A DNA stretch of 64,000 nt from Vicinamibacteria bacterium. Lineage in GTDB: Bacteria > Acidobacteriota > Vicinamibacteria > Marinacidobacterales > Marinacidobacteraceae. Location of the stretch: the NCBI GenBank assembly GCA_963555995.3, contig OY821641.1, forward strand, positions 352,001 to 416,000, in the 5' to 3' direction. Of the stretch, positions 22,221 to 31,442 are shown piece after piece. The position numbers were made by a program, and so were the translations under genes. The notes beneath the pieces were generated by a model. It did not search any database. It was not told where the DNA came from and saw only the letters and a program-made list of their open reading frames with translations. Numbering within the stretch: the first letter of the stretch is position 1; each line of letters begins with the position of its first letter.

Positions 22221-22692
22221 TGTCGGAGGTTGGCGTTCCAAGCCGTACCTCCCACCTGCGCTCTTGAACTCCACGTTGAGGTGGGAGCCGCCTTGTTCTG
22301 GTGGAGTTGCGACGTGCGCGGCGCGGAGCGCCGCGCGTGCCGGTCTGGAGACCGGCGTTCCAAGCCGTATGTGTCACCTGCGCTCTTGAGCTCCACGTTG
22401 AGGTAGGAGCTGGCTTGTTCGGGTGGGGTTGTGACGTGCGCGGTGCGGAGCGCCGCGCGTGCCGGTCTGGAGACCGGCGTTCCAAGCCGTACGGGCCACC
22501 GGCGCTCTTGGGTTCCGCGTCGGGGTGGGAGCTGGCTTGTTCGGGTGGGGTTGTGCCGTGCGCGGCGCGGAGCGCCGCGCGTGCCGGTCGGAGACCGGCG
22601 GTCCAAGCCGTTTCCGTGGTCTGGCTGGGTGGAGCGGGCGTCGCTGCGGGCCTGCGGCCCGCGTGCCGGTCTGAAGACCGGCGCTCCCGGCC
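22221..22692. repeat. Tandem array of about 122-bp REP-containing units (BIME-like)
   Basis: CCAAGCCGT anchors at 22238, 22360, 22482 and 22603; each unit ends in the GCCGGTC..GACCGGC palindrome. Confidence 0.9.
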
Positions 22693-22693
22693 C

Positions 22694-23821
22694 TTAGGCG
22701 GCGACGGCGGTTTCGGTGTGGATGGTGGCGAGCAGGTCGCTGATGATGGTGAGGCTTTCGGTGACGACGGCGGGTTCGGCGCCGAAGCCGATGCGGAGGA
22801 AGCCGTCGAGCTCGAAGTGCTGGGCGGGGACCACCAGGAGGCTGCGCTCGATGCGGAGGCGTTCGATGAGGTCCTCGGAGCGGATGGGGTGGTGGTAGCG
22901 GACGGCGGCGATGGCGCCCGCGACCGGTGGGGTCCAGCTCAGGCGGACGGGGTGGTTCTCATGGGAGGCCACCCAGTCGGTCACCATCGGGAGCTGGCGG
23001 CGGATGATGCTGCGGGTGCGCTCCAGGATCTGCGGACGCTTGTCGAGGGCGATCTGGGCGAGGCGGTCGGACATCGCGCTGAGCGCGAGGCTGCTGTAGT
23101 CGCGGTGGCCCCAGAGTTCGGTGGCCTTCTCCTCGGTGGTCACCGTCCAGCCGACCCGGAGGCCGGGGAGGCCGAACGCCTTGGAGAGGCCGGCGTTCAG
23201 GAGGATGCGGTCCGTGCGGCCCCAGAAGGTCGGGCACTCCTCGCCGCTGAGTTCCGCGCCGCGATAGACCTCGTCGGCGAGGAGCCAGGCCCCCGACCGC
23301 TCGGCGGCGGCCACGATCCGGTCCATCTCGGGCTCGGTCAGCACGGCGCCGCTCGGGTTGTTGGGATTGCAGACGAGGATCATCTTGGTCCGGTCGCTGA
23401 CCGCGGCGTCGAGCGCGTCCAGATCGGGCCGCCAGCCGTTCTCCTCGACCAGGTGGAACGGGATGACCCGGGCGCCGAGCGAGCGGCAGGCCCCGATGAT
23501 CTGCATGTAGTTCGGGATCATCGCCACCACCTCGTCGCCGGGCGACAGGGTGGTCAGGGCGGAGAGGAAGTTGGCTTCGGCGGTGCCGGTGGTCACGAGG
23601 ATCTGGTCCACGTTCGATCCGGGGTAGAGCGCCGCGATCCGCTCGCGGAGCGGGATCGTGCCGTTGCTCTGGGTGTAGCCGAGCAGGGTGTCCCCGAGGT
23701 CGGCGCCGTCCGTCAGCTCGGCGAACGTCAGCGGGTGGACCCCGCTCTCCGAGATGTTCAGCCGGACGGTGTTCTCCCACCGGCAGAGGCATCGTTCCAT
23801 CACGAACGGTTCGAACTTCAT
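22694..23821 (-). CDS. Aminotransferase class I/II (PLP-dependent)
   Basis: CNPNNPSG, LADEVYRG and GLSKAFGLPGLRVGW. Confidence 0.93.
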   Translation of the reverse strand: MKFEPFVMERCLCRWENTVRLNISESGVHPLTFAELTDGADLGDTLLGYTQSNGTIPLRERIAALYPGSNVDQILVTTGTAEANFLSALTTLSPGDEVVAMIPNYMQIIGACRSLGARVIPFHLVEENGWRPDLDALDAAVSDRTKMILVCNPNNPSGAVLTEPEMDRIVAAAERSGAWLLADEVYRGAELSGEECPTFWGRTDRILLNAGLSKAFGLPGLRVGWTVTTEEKATELWGHRDYSSLALSAMSDRLAQIALDKRPQILERTRSIIRRQLPMVTDWVASHENHPVRLSWTPPVAGAIAAVRYHHPIRSEDLIERLRIERSLLVVPAQHFELDGFLRIGFGAEPAVVTESLTIISDLLATIHTETAVAA

Positions 23822-23928
23822 GGCGTGCGGGCTCCTCTGGTTGTTTTTGCGGTGGGGGCTGTTTCGGAAGGGAATCTTACGGTCCGGAGCTTGGGCGTAG
23901 CATTGTGCGAACCCCGCCCGCTCTCTCG

Positions 23929-25110
23929 ATGCTCACCAGCCTGACGCTCCAACGCTTCCGAAGTTTTCGTGGCGCCCGATTGGATCTGGCCAATCCGACT
24001 TTCCTCGTAGGGCGTAACGGCTCCGGCAAGAGCAACCTCGCGGATGCGTTCGCCTTTCTGACCGAGGCGATGACTTCTCCGCTGGGCGCGATCCTGGATC
24101 GGCGCGGGGGGATGTCGGCGGTTGCGAACCGGCGTTCCGCGAGAGGCCGTCCCGCCAATCTGGGACTGCGGATCGCACTCGAAACGGACGAGATGAAGGC
24201 CACCTACGCTTTCGAGATTAGCGCCGCCCGCGATCACGGTGTGGCCGTCACGGGCGAACAGTGTCACGTGCAACCCGTGGAAGGTCCCGCGAGCTGGTTC
24301 GAACGGCGCGACGGAGACATCAACAGCAACGCTTCCGGGCTTCGACCGGCGGCGCAACCGGATGCGCTTGCCCTGCCCCTGGTGGGAGGCGACGCCCGCT
24401 TCGGGAAGGTTCGGGACTACCTGGCCGCCATCCGGATCTGCCGGATCGAGCCGTCGCGGCTGAGGGAATTGCAGGATCCGGACGGCGGAACCCGCCTGCG
24501 TCCCGCCGGTCAGAACTCCGCCAGCGTCCTGCGCGCGATCCAGCGCGAATCGGCGATGGATTGGGAAATGCTGCGAGAATTGCTTCAGAGCATCGCTCCG
24601 GGCGCCATCACGGTGCAGCCGAAGCGGCTGGGCGACAAGCTCACAATCGAGTTCGCCCAGGACTGGGGACAGGCGCACCCCGTCCGTTTCCCGGCGACCG
24701 GTATGTCCGATGGAACCCTTCGAGCGGTAGGCCTGCTGGCCGCCGTCTTTCAGCGGCCCCGGCCATCCATGCTCGTCGTCGAGGAACCGGAGGCCACGAT
24801 CCATCCCGGCGCCTTGGGAGCGGTTCTCGACCTCCTGCGGCTCGCGAGTCGGCGTATGCAGGTCGTCGTGACGACCCATAGTCCGGAGTTGCTGGACGCC
24901 AAGTGGATTCGCGACTGCCACCTCCGTATCGTCTCGTGGCAGCACGGACACAGCCAGGTCGCACAGGTCTCCGAATCGGTGAGGGAGACGTTCGCCGACC
25001 ACCTCATGGGCGCCGGCGAGATGCTGCGGATGAACGCGCTGACCCCCGAACCGGTTCTGGACGACGGTTTCCTGGGCCAGAGGCTTTTTGAAGAGCTTCA
25101 AAAACTCTAG
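23929..25110 (+). CDS. ABC-type AAA ATPase (AAA_21/SMC-like)
   Basis: LVGRNGSGKSN, MSDGT signature, VVEEPE and VVTTHSPELLD. Confidence 0.9.
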   Translation: MLTSLTLQRFRSFRGARLDLANPTFLVGRNGSGKSNLADAFAFLTEAMTSPLGAILDRRGGMSAVANRRSARGRPANLGLRIALETDEMKATYAFEISAARDHGVAVTGEQCHVQPVEGPASWFERRDGDINSNASGLRPAAQPDALALPLVGGDARFGKVRDYLAAIRICRIEPSRLRELQDPDGGTRLRPAGQNSASVLRAIQRESAMDWEMLRELLQSIAPGAITVQPKRLGDKLTIEFAQDWGQAHPVRFPATGMSDGTLRAVGLLAAVFQRPRPSMLVVEEPEATIHPGALGAVLDLLRLASRRMQVVVTTHSPELLDAKWIRDCHLRIVSWQHGHSQVAQVSESVRETFADHLMGAGEMLRMNALTPEPVLDDGFLGQRLFEELQKL

Positions 25111-25113
25111 GGA

Positions 25114-25755
25114 TTGAAGATCCAGCCAGTCGTCGAAGGCCACGGCGATGCCGCAGCTCTACCGATTCTCCTCCGCCGTTGGGTGGATGCCGCCCGTTGC
25201 TGGGAGGTAGGTGTTGGCGCGCCGCTCAGGCTGCCCCGCACCCGGCTGATCCGACGGGACGGCCTCGAGAGAGCGGTTCGCACCGCGCTGCGGCAACCGG
25301 GATGCGGTTCCATCCTGATCCTGCTTGACGGTGACGACGACTGTCCTGCGGATCTGGGGCCCCGAATGCGGGAATGGGCGAGTGGGGAAGCGGGGGGCCT
25401 TCCCTGCGAGGTCGTTGTGGCGCACCGCGAATACGAGGCGTGGTTCCTTGCGAGCCTCGTTTCCTTGCGCGGGGCGTGCGGAATTGGCCATGGCGCGCCG
25501 CCCTTTCCGGACCCGGAGCGGCCCCGCGACGCGAAGAGGCGGCTGACGGAGCGGATGGTCTCGGGCCGCAGCTACTTGGAAACGACCGATCAGCCGGCCC
25601 TCAGCGTCCGGTTCTCGCTGGCCGCGGCGTACCAGCGCAGCCGCTCCTTTCGGAAAATGGCGCATTCGTTCGGCGCGCTGGTGCGGGGCATGGGAAGAGA
25701 CCTCGAACCGTGGCCGCCATCGTCCTGGGCAGCGCCGCCCGAGCCACCCGCCTAA
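25114..25755 (+). CDS. DUF4276-like TOPRIM-fold protein
   Basis: [25 protein letters not shown] and SRSFRKM. Confidence 0.8.
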   Translation: MKIQPVVEGHGDAAALPILLRRWVDAARCWEVGVGAPLRLPRTRLIRRDGLERAVRTALRQPGCGSILILLDGDDDCPADLGPRMREWASGEAGGLPCEVVVAHREYEAWFLASLVSLRGACGIGHGAPPFPDPERPRDAKRRLTERMVSGRSYLETTDQPALSVRFSLAAAYQRSRSFRKMAHSFGALVRGMGRDLEPWPPSSWAAPPEPPA

Positions 25756-25765
25756 CATTCCACCC

Positions 25766-26899
25766 ATGACGGAGCGGAATCCCACCCGGCGGGTGGCCAT
25801 CGGGAACGTCGCGGTGGGCGACGGGAACCCGATCGTGGTGCAGAGCATGTGCGCCACCCACACCCAGGACGTGGAGGCGACCGCCGCGCAGGCCGAGGCG
25901 CTCCGGGAAGCCGGGGCGGGGATCGTGCGGATCGCGGTGGACAGCCGGAAGGACGTCGAGGCGCTGGCCGAGATCCGGCAGCGGACCGCCGCGAACCTCG
26001 CGGTGGATCTCCAGGAGAGCTACCGGCTCGCCGAGACCGTCGCCCCGCACGTGGACAAGATCCGCTACAACCCGGGCCACCTCTGGCACCACGAGACCTC
26101 GCGGCCGGTGGCCGACAAGGTGAAGTACCTCGCCGGGGTCGCCGGGGAGCACGACTGCGCCATCCGCATCGGGGTGAACTGCGGCTCCATGGACCCCGCG
26201 CACCAGGACCGTTTCCACGACGACCCGGTGGGGGCGATGGTGCAGTCCGCCGCCGAGCACTGCGAGATGCTCGACCGGCTGGGGTTCACCCGCTACGTGG
26301 TGTCCCTCAAGGACTCGGACCCCGCGAACGTGATCGAGGGGAACCGCCGCTTCGCCGGCGAACGGCCCGACGTGCCGCTCCACCTCGGGGTCACCGAGGC
26401 CGGGATGCCGCCCGAGGGGGTCATCAAGACCCGAATCGCCTTCGAGCAGCTCGTCAGCCGGGGCATCGGGGACACCGTGCGGGTCTCGCTCACCCTGCCG
26501 AACCCGCGGAAGCCCGAGGAGGTGACGGCGGGCCACCAGATCCTCACCGACATCGCGAACGGCCGGTTCCGCTCGGTCCCCGAGTTCCCGAAGGACAAGC
26601 TGAACATCATCTCCTGCCCCTCCTGCTCGCGGGTCGAGAACGAGAAGTTCATCGAGCTCGCCGAGGACGTCCGGGAGATGACCCGCTACGCCGAGCGCCA
26701 CGCGATCACCATCGCGGTCATGGGCTGCCGGGTGAACGGCCCGGGCGAGACCGACGACGCCGACCTCGGGCTCTGGTGCGGCCCGGCGTTCGTGAACCTG
26801 AAGAAGGGGCCGGAGTCGCTCGGGGCCTATCCCTACGACCGGATCCTCGACCGGCTCAAGGTCGAGGTGGACCGCCTGATCGCCGACCGCGCGAACTGA
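25766..26899 (+). CDS. ispG: (E)-4-hydroxy-3-methylbut-2-enyl-diphosphate synthase
   Basis: [46 protein letters not shown] and [10 protein letters not shown]. Confidence 0.96.
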   Translation: MTERNPTRRVAIGNVAVGDGNPIVVQSMCATHTQDVEATAAQAEALREAGAGIVRIAVDSRKDVEALAEIRQRTAANLAVDLQESYRLAETVAPHVDKIRYNPGHLWHHETSRPVADKVKYLAGVAGEHDCAIRIGVNCGSMDPAHQDRFHDDPVGAMVQSAAEHCEMLDRLGFTRYVVSLKDSDPANVIEGNRRFAGERPDVPLHLGVTEAGMPPEGVIKTRIAFEQLVSRGIGDTVRVSLTLPNPRKPEEVTAGHQILTDIANGRFRSVPEFPKDKLNIISCPSCSRVENEKFIELAEDVREMTRYAERHAITIAVMGCRVNGPGETDDADLGLWCGPAFVNLKKGPESLGAYPYDRILDRLKVEVDRLIADRAN

Positions 26900-26948
26900 C
26901 CGGGGCGCGTCCGGAACCGGGCGCCGGGGCTGCCGGAAGCCGCCCGGA

Positions 26949-29291
26949 CTACCGGGAGTCGCCGGGGCGCGGCATGCGGTAGCCGACGCCGCGTTCGGTC
27001 AGGATCCAGACCGGCTTCCGCGCGTCGTCGCCGAGCTTGCCGCGGAGCCGCTTGGCGAAGGCCCGCACGATCTTCGGCGTGGTGTGGCCGCGGCCGGCCC
27101 AGACCTGGCGCAGCAGGGAGTCGTAGGTGGACACCCGTCCCGCGTTGACCGAGAGCACCCGGAGCAGGTTGTACTCGGTGGCCGTCAGCTCCACCGGGCG
27201 CCCGGCCACCGTCACCCGGCGGGCGTCGTAGTCAATGGAGAGGTCTCCCAGCACGAACGGCTCCGGCGGATTCCGGCGCCGGAGCGCCGCTCCGACCCGC
27301 GCCACGAGTTCCGTGTCCGAGAAGGGTTTGACGATGTAGTCCTCGGCGCCGGCATCGAGCGCGTGGGCGACCGTCTCGCCCCGCCCGTAGCCCGAAATGA
27401 ACACCACCGGAAGGTCCGACAGTTCCGGCACGCTCTCCATCATCTTGATCCCATCGGTTCCGGGCAGCACCAGGTCGAGCACGACCAGCGCCGGCTTCTC
27501 CGTCCGGATCAGGCGCTGCACTTCGCGGTGGTCGCCGGTCATCACCGGGAAGTACTCCGCGTTCGTGAGAGCCTCGCGCACCTGGCGCAGCGTCTCGGGA
27601 TCGTCGTCCACCACCAGGATGCGGGTCCGTTCGCGTCCGTCCCGCGTGACGGACGCCGGCCTCCGCCCCACGCCGGACACGCGCACCACCCCCTCCGCGG
27701 CCGGGATCGTGAAGGTGAACCGCGCTCCCCGGCCCGGTCCGCCGCTCTCGGCCCGGATGCGTCCACCGTGCGCTTCGACGAGACCCTGGCAGATGGAGAG
27801 GCCGAGGCCGCCCCGGACCCCGCGTTCCCGGTCGCCGGAGTACTTGCGGAACAGGTGCGGCAGGCGGTCGGGGGGGATGCCCCGGCCTTCGTCGGAGACC
27901 GAGATCGCGAGGTGCGCGCCGTCGCGCGCCGCGGTCACCCGGATGGGAGAGGACTCGGGGGAATGCCGGGCGGCGTTGGACAGCAGGTTGATCAGCACCT
28001 GGGGGATGCGCTGGCGGTCGGCCATTGCCGGGGGCAGGTCCGGCGGCAGCTCGATCAGGAGGGCGTTCCGGCCACCGGCGGAAAGGAAGGTGGTTCTCGC
28101 CCGGTCCACCAGATCCGCCACCTCCGTCGGCTCGGGCGCGATCGACAGGGTGCCGGTCTCGATCCGTCCCGTATCGAGCAGGTCGCTGATGAGGCCGCTC
28201 ATGCGGTCCACCTGCTCGTCAATGATGCGGAAGAACTGCCGGGTCTCGGCGGGATCGAGGTTTCCGGGACCACCGAGCACCGTGGTGGCGGCGCCCTTGA
28301 TCGAGGTCAACGGCGTGCGCAGCTCGTGGCTCACCAGGCCGAGGAACTCGGTCCGCGTGCGTTCCAGTTCCTGGAGCGGCGCCAGGTCCTGCAGCGTGAC
28401 CACCACCGTGGCCACCGCGCCGTCCTTACCGCGGACCGGCGTGACGTTCAGCAGCGTCGTCACGCGGCGCCCGTCGGGAACCGACAGCACGATCTCTTCG
28501 GCGCGCACCGGTTCGGCGCTCTGCAGCGCCCGGGCGAGGGGCAACTGGTCGAGGGCGTACTCGCGCCCGTCGGCGCGGCGGCAGGTCAGGGTCTCCAGCA
28601 GGTCCTCGTAGGAGCGCCCGGAGTTCCGCAGACTCTCCATGATCCGCTTCGCCTCGAGGTTGAACGAGAGCGCCCGGCCGCTCTGCGCGTCGAACGTCAC
28701 GACCCCCACCGGCGAGGTCTCCACCAGCGCCTCGAGGTCGGCGCGCGCCCGCTGCTCGTCGCGGTAGGCGCGGGCGTGGGCGATCGCGGCCGCCGCCTGG
28801 GCGGCGAACAGCACCAGGATCTCTTCGTCTTCGGCGGTGAACGTGGCGCCGCCCTCCTTCCCGGAAAGGAAGAAGCTGCCGACATGGACGTCGCGATGGC
28901 GCATCGGCGTCCCCTGGAAGGTCCCGGCCGGCAGCCGGTCCGGGGAGAAGCCGAGGCCGCGGACGAAGGCATGCGTGTCCGTGATCCGGAGCGGCGCGGG
29001 AAGGTCGCGCAGGTGTTCGAAGAGGCGCGGACCGTCCGGCCACTCCACGAGCCGCCGCCTGTCCTCGTCGGAGAGGCCGGAGGTGACGAATTCCTGGGCC
29101 CTGCCCGTCTCGTCCACCGTGGCGATGACGCTGCACCGGGCCCCCGTCAGCTCCCGCGCGCCTTCCACCACCGCGCGCAGCACCGTTTCGAGGTCGAGGC
29201 TCCGGCCGATGCGCAGCATCGCCGCCGCCAGGTTGGAGACGGCGTCGGCGCCCGCGGTGTTCCCCTTCGCCGGATCGGCGGGAAGGCTCAT
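26949..29291 (-). CDS. Soluble hybrid sensor: GAF-PAS-HisKA-HATPase-REC-OmpR-type wHTH
   Basis: VSHELRTPLTSI, NLLSNA, DEGRGI, GLGLSIC, VVDDD, LDLVLPG, YIVKPF and LTATEYNLL..ERGVGY. Confidence 0.92.
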   Translation of the reverse strand: MSLPADPAKGNTAGADAVSNLAAAMLRIGRSLDLETVLRAVVEGARELTGARCSVIATVDETGRAQEFVTSGLSDEDRRRLVEWPDGPRLFEHLRDLPAPLRITDTHAFVRGLGFSPDRLPAGTFQGTPMRHRDVHVGSFFLSGKEGGATFTAEDEEILVLFAAQAAAAIAHARAYRDEQRARADLEALVETSPVGVVTFDAQSGRALSFNLEAKRIMESLRNSGRSYEDLLETLTCRRADGREYALDQLPLARALQSAEPVRAEEIVLSVPDGRRVTTLLNVTPVRGKDGAVATVVVTLQDLAPLQELERTRTEFLGLVSHELRTPLTSIKGAATTVLGGPGNLDPAETRQFFRIIDEQVDRMSGLISDLLDTGRIETGTLSIAPEPTEVADLVDRARTTFLSAGGRNALLIELPPDLPPAMADRQRIPQVLINLLSNAARHSPESSPIRVTAARDGAHLAISVSDEGRGIPPDRLPHLFRKYSGDRERGVRGGLGLSICQGLVEAHGGRIRAESGGPGRGARFTFTIPAAEGVVRVSGVGRRPASVTRDGRERTRILVVDDDPETLRQVREALTNAEYFPVMTGDHREVQRLIRTEKPALVVLDLVLPGTDGIKMMESVPELSDLPVVFISGYGRGETVAHALDAGAEDYIVKPFSDTELVARVGAALRRRNPPEPFVLGDLSIDYDARRVTVAGRPVELTATEYNLLRVLSVNAGRVSTYDSLLRQVWAGRGHTTPKIVRAFAKRLRGKLGDDARKPVWILTERGVGYRMPRPGDSR

Positions 29292-29497
29292 CCGGTCCCC
29301 TCGCCGCCCGTGATGCGGCGCCGCCCGGTCAGGGTGGCGGCGGGTCGGTCGGACACGATCCAGAAGGTCGCAGGGTGGGCAGAAAGTTCGCTTTCGCCCG
29401 TGATTTTACATCATCGGTTCGCGCTGCATTCACTTTTTGTCCCGGCCGCGGCGGACTCGCCACCTCCCATCCGCGTACCGGCCGGTCCGCCCGCCCG

Positions 29498-30409
29498 CTA
29501 CCCGTCGCGCCGGGCGACGAGATCCTGCTGGCGGGCGCTGTAGGCGAGCTGGCGGTCCTTCAGTTGCTGCCGCCGGGTCCTCGTCCACCAGTCCAGTTCG
29601 TCCTCGCCGATCTCGGGCGCCGCGATGAGTTCCTTCTCCACGAGCCCGAGCACGTGCATCAGGAAATATGCCTCGTCGCGCGGATACCCATCGGCCGTCG
29701 GCGTCACGCGCCAGTCGGAGCGTCCCGAGGCCAGCTCCGAGAACCCGGAGCCCGGCATGCGCACCTCTCCGAGGAGGCGTTCGCCGGCAAAGGGGTCCCC
29801 GCCGCGGGCACCCGTCATGGACGCGTGGTAGCACTGGAGGAGCCGGCGGTCGAGCGCGTGCGGCGGGCTGAAGCGGGTCGTCCCGCCGAAGGTGAGGGTG
29901 GCGTAGAAGATGCCGCCCGGGGCGACTAGCCGGCGCCCGAGCGCGAACGCGGTGCCCGGCGGGACCAGGTCCCAGAACGACTGCGCGATCAGCAGATCGA
30001 AGGAGGCCTCGTCCCGCTCCCCGAATCCATCGGGCGCGGCGGCCTCGCGCAGGCGCACCTCGAGGACCCGGTCGCGGCCCTCGCAACAGAGGCACTCCGC
30101 ATCGCGGGCGACGTCGTGCAGTCCCTCGTCCGCCGCCCAGGCGCGGACTTCGTCCCGATAGGCGTCGAGCAGGTCACCGGCCCGGTCGGTGGCGGTGAAC
30201 TCCACGCGCCGGAACGGCGCGAGGAGCCCCATCCAGGACCGGAACGCGCCTCCCGCGCCGCCCCCGATCTCAACGACCCGGACGGTCCGGTCCTCCGGCC
30301 ACTCCCTGAGAGCCCGGACGAACGCCTCCCGCACCCGCGGATTCACGGCCCGCGCATCCACGGAGCCCTTGGCCCGCAGATAGCGGAGCACGCCGCCCGA
30401 GGCGGGCAC
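29498..30409 (-). CDS. Class I SAM-dependent methyltransferase-like protein
   Basis: VVEIGGGAG motif I, FDLLIAQSFWDL and PGGIFY. Confidence 0.75.
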   Translation of the reverse strand: MPASGGVLRYLRAKGSVDARAVNPRVREAFVRALREWPEDRTVRVVEIGGGAGGAFRSWMGLLAPFRRVEFTATDRAGDLLDAYRDEVRAWAADEGLHDVARDAECLCCEGRDRVLEVRLREAAAPDGFGERDEASFDLLIAQSFWDLVPPGTAFALGRRLVAPGGIFYATLTFGGTTRFSPPHALDRRLLQCYHASMTGARGGDPFAGERLLGEVRMPGSGFSELASGRSDWRVTPTADGYPRDEAYFLMHVLGLVEKELIAAPEIGEDELDWWTRTRRQQLKDRQLAYSARQQDLVARRDG

Positions 30410-30414
30410 GCTGC

Positions 30415-30501
30415 CTATTTCTTGCGCCGCTTCGGCCGACGCTTTCCGGTCGTGCCCTGGAAGATCTTGCCGCGTTTGGTTCGACGGTCGCCTTTACCCA
30501 T
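30415..30501 (-). CDS. thx: 30S ribosomal protein THX (bTHX)
   Basis: Manual translation MGKGDRRTKRGKIFQGTTGKRRPKRRKK* matches the recalled Thermus THX pattern MGKGDRRTRRGKIWRGT. Confidence 0.9.
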   Translation of the reverse strand: MGKGDRRTKRGKIFQGTTGKRRPKRRKK

Positions 30502-30661
30502 GGCACGGGATTGTAACGAGGTGGCACGGAGTCCGGGGACGTTTCGCCTCCCCTTCGGACCCTCACCGGGAGGAAACCCCGGGCGCGTGTCCTCCTGCGC
30601 ACCCCGCCGGCAATGAGAACCGCGGAAACGGCCGCGAACTCCCTTTTCTTACAATCGCGCC

Positions 30662-31417
30662 ATGCGGATTGACCTCAACTGCGACATGGGCGAGAGCTTC
30701 GGCAACTATGACCTCGGGTGCGACGAGGAGATCCTCGAGATCGTCACCTCGGCGAACGTGGCGTGCGGTTTCCACGCCGGCGACCCGGTGATCATGGACC
30801 GCACCGTGGGGATGGCCATCGCGCAGGGCGTCGCCGTGGGCGCGCATCCCGGCCACCACGACCTGCGGGGCTTCGGCCGCCGGCCCATCCAGGCGCCGCC
30901 GGACGAGGTCGAGGCCGACGTCCTCTACCAGGTGGGGGCGCTCGCCGCCTTCGTCCGCTCCCGGAACGGCCGGATGGTGCACGTGAAGCCGCACGGCGCG
31001 CTCTACAACCAGGCGGTCGGCGATCCGAAGCTCTCCGCGGCGCTCGCGCGGGCGGTGGCCCGGGCGGACCGGGACCTCGTCTTCGTGGGCCTCGCCACCG
31101 CCACCACGATGCGCGCGGCCGCCGAGGCCGAGGGGCTCCGCTTCGCGGGCGAGGCATTCGCCGACCGGGTCTACAACCCGGACGGCACGCTCCAGTCGCG
31201 GCGGATCCCGGGTTCCGTCATCCACGACCCTGAGAAGGCGGCGGCGCAGGCGGTCGCGATCGCGCAGGGAACGGTGATCGCCCACGACGGCACCGAAGTC
31301 CCGGTGGCGGCCGAGACCCTCTGCCTCCACGGGGACAACCCGGCGGCGCTCGAGAACGCCCGCACCGTCCGGCGCCGGCTCGAAGCGGCCGGGGTGGCCG
31401 TCCGCGCCCTCGGTTAG
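30662..31417 (+). CDS. pxpA: 5-oxoprolinase subunit A (LamB/YcsF)
   Basis: IDLNCDMGESFG, ANVACGFHAGDP, HVKPHGALYN and CLHGD. Confidence 0.95.
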   Translation: MRIDLNCDMGESFGNYDLGCDEEILEIVTSANVACGFHAGDPVIMDRTVGMAIAQGVAVGAHPGHHDLRGFGRRPIQAPPDEVEADVLYQVGALAAFVRSRNGRMVHVKPHGALYNQAVGDPKLSAALARAVARADRDLVFVGLATATTMRAAAEAEGLRFAGEAFADRVYNPDGTLQSRRIPGSVIHDPEKAAAQAVAIAQGTVIAHDGTEVPVAAETLCLHGDNPAALENARTVRRRLEAAGVAVRALG

Positions 31418-31442
31418 CGGGGACCCCTCGGAGTCGGATTCG

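Noticed and set aside
22221-22692. CRISPR array or coding ORFs (22301-23944, 21938-22606)
   Set aside because: Whole 122-bp units are homologous, and the ORFs are translations of REP repeats or antisense shadows.
30505-30655. Riboswitch or tRNA between thx and pxpA
   Set aside because: GC-rich hairpins only, with no recognisable aptamer or cloverleaf; both flanking genes look leaderless. No tRNA or rRNA gene was recognised anywhere in the window.
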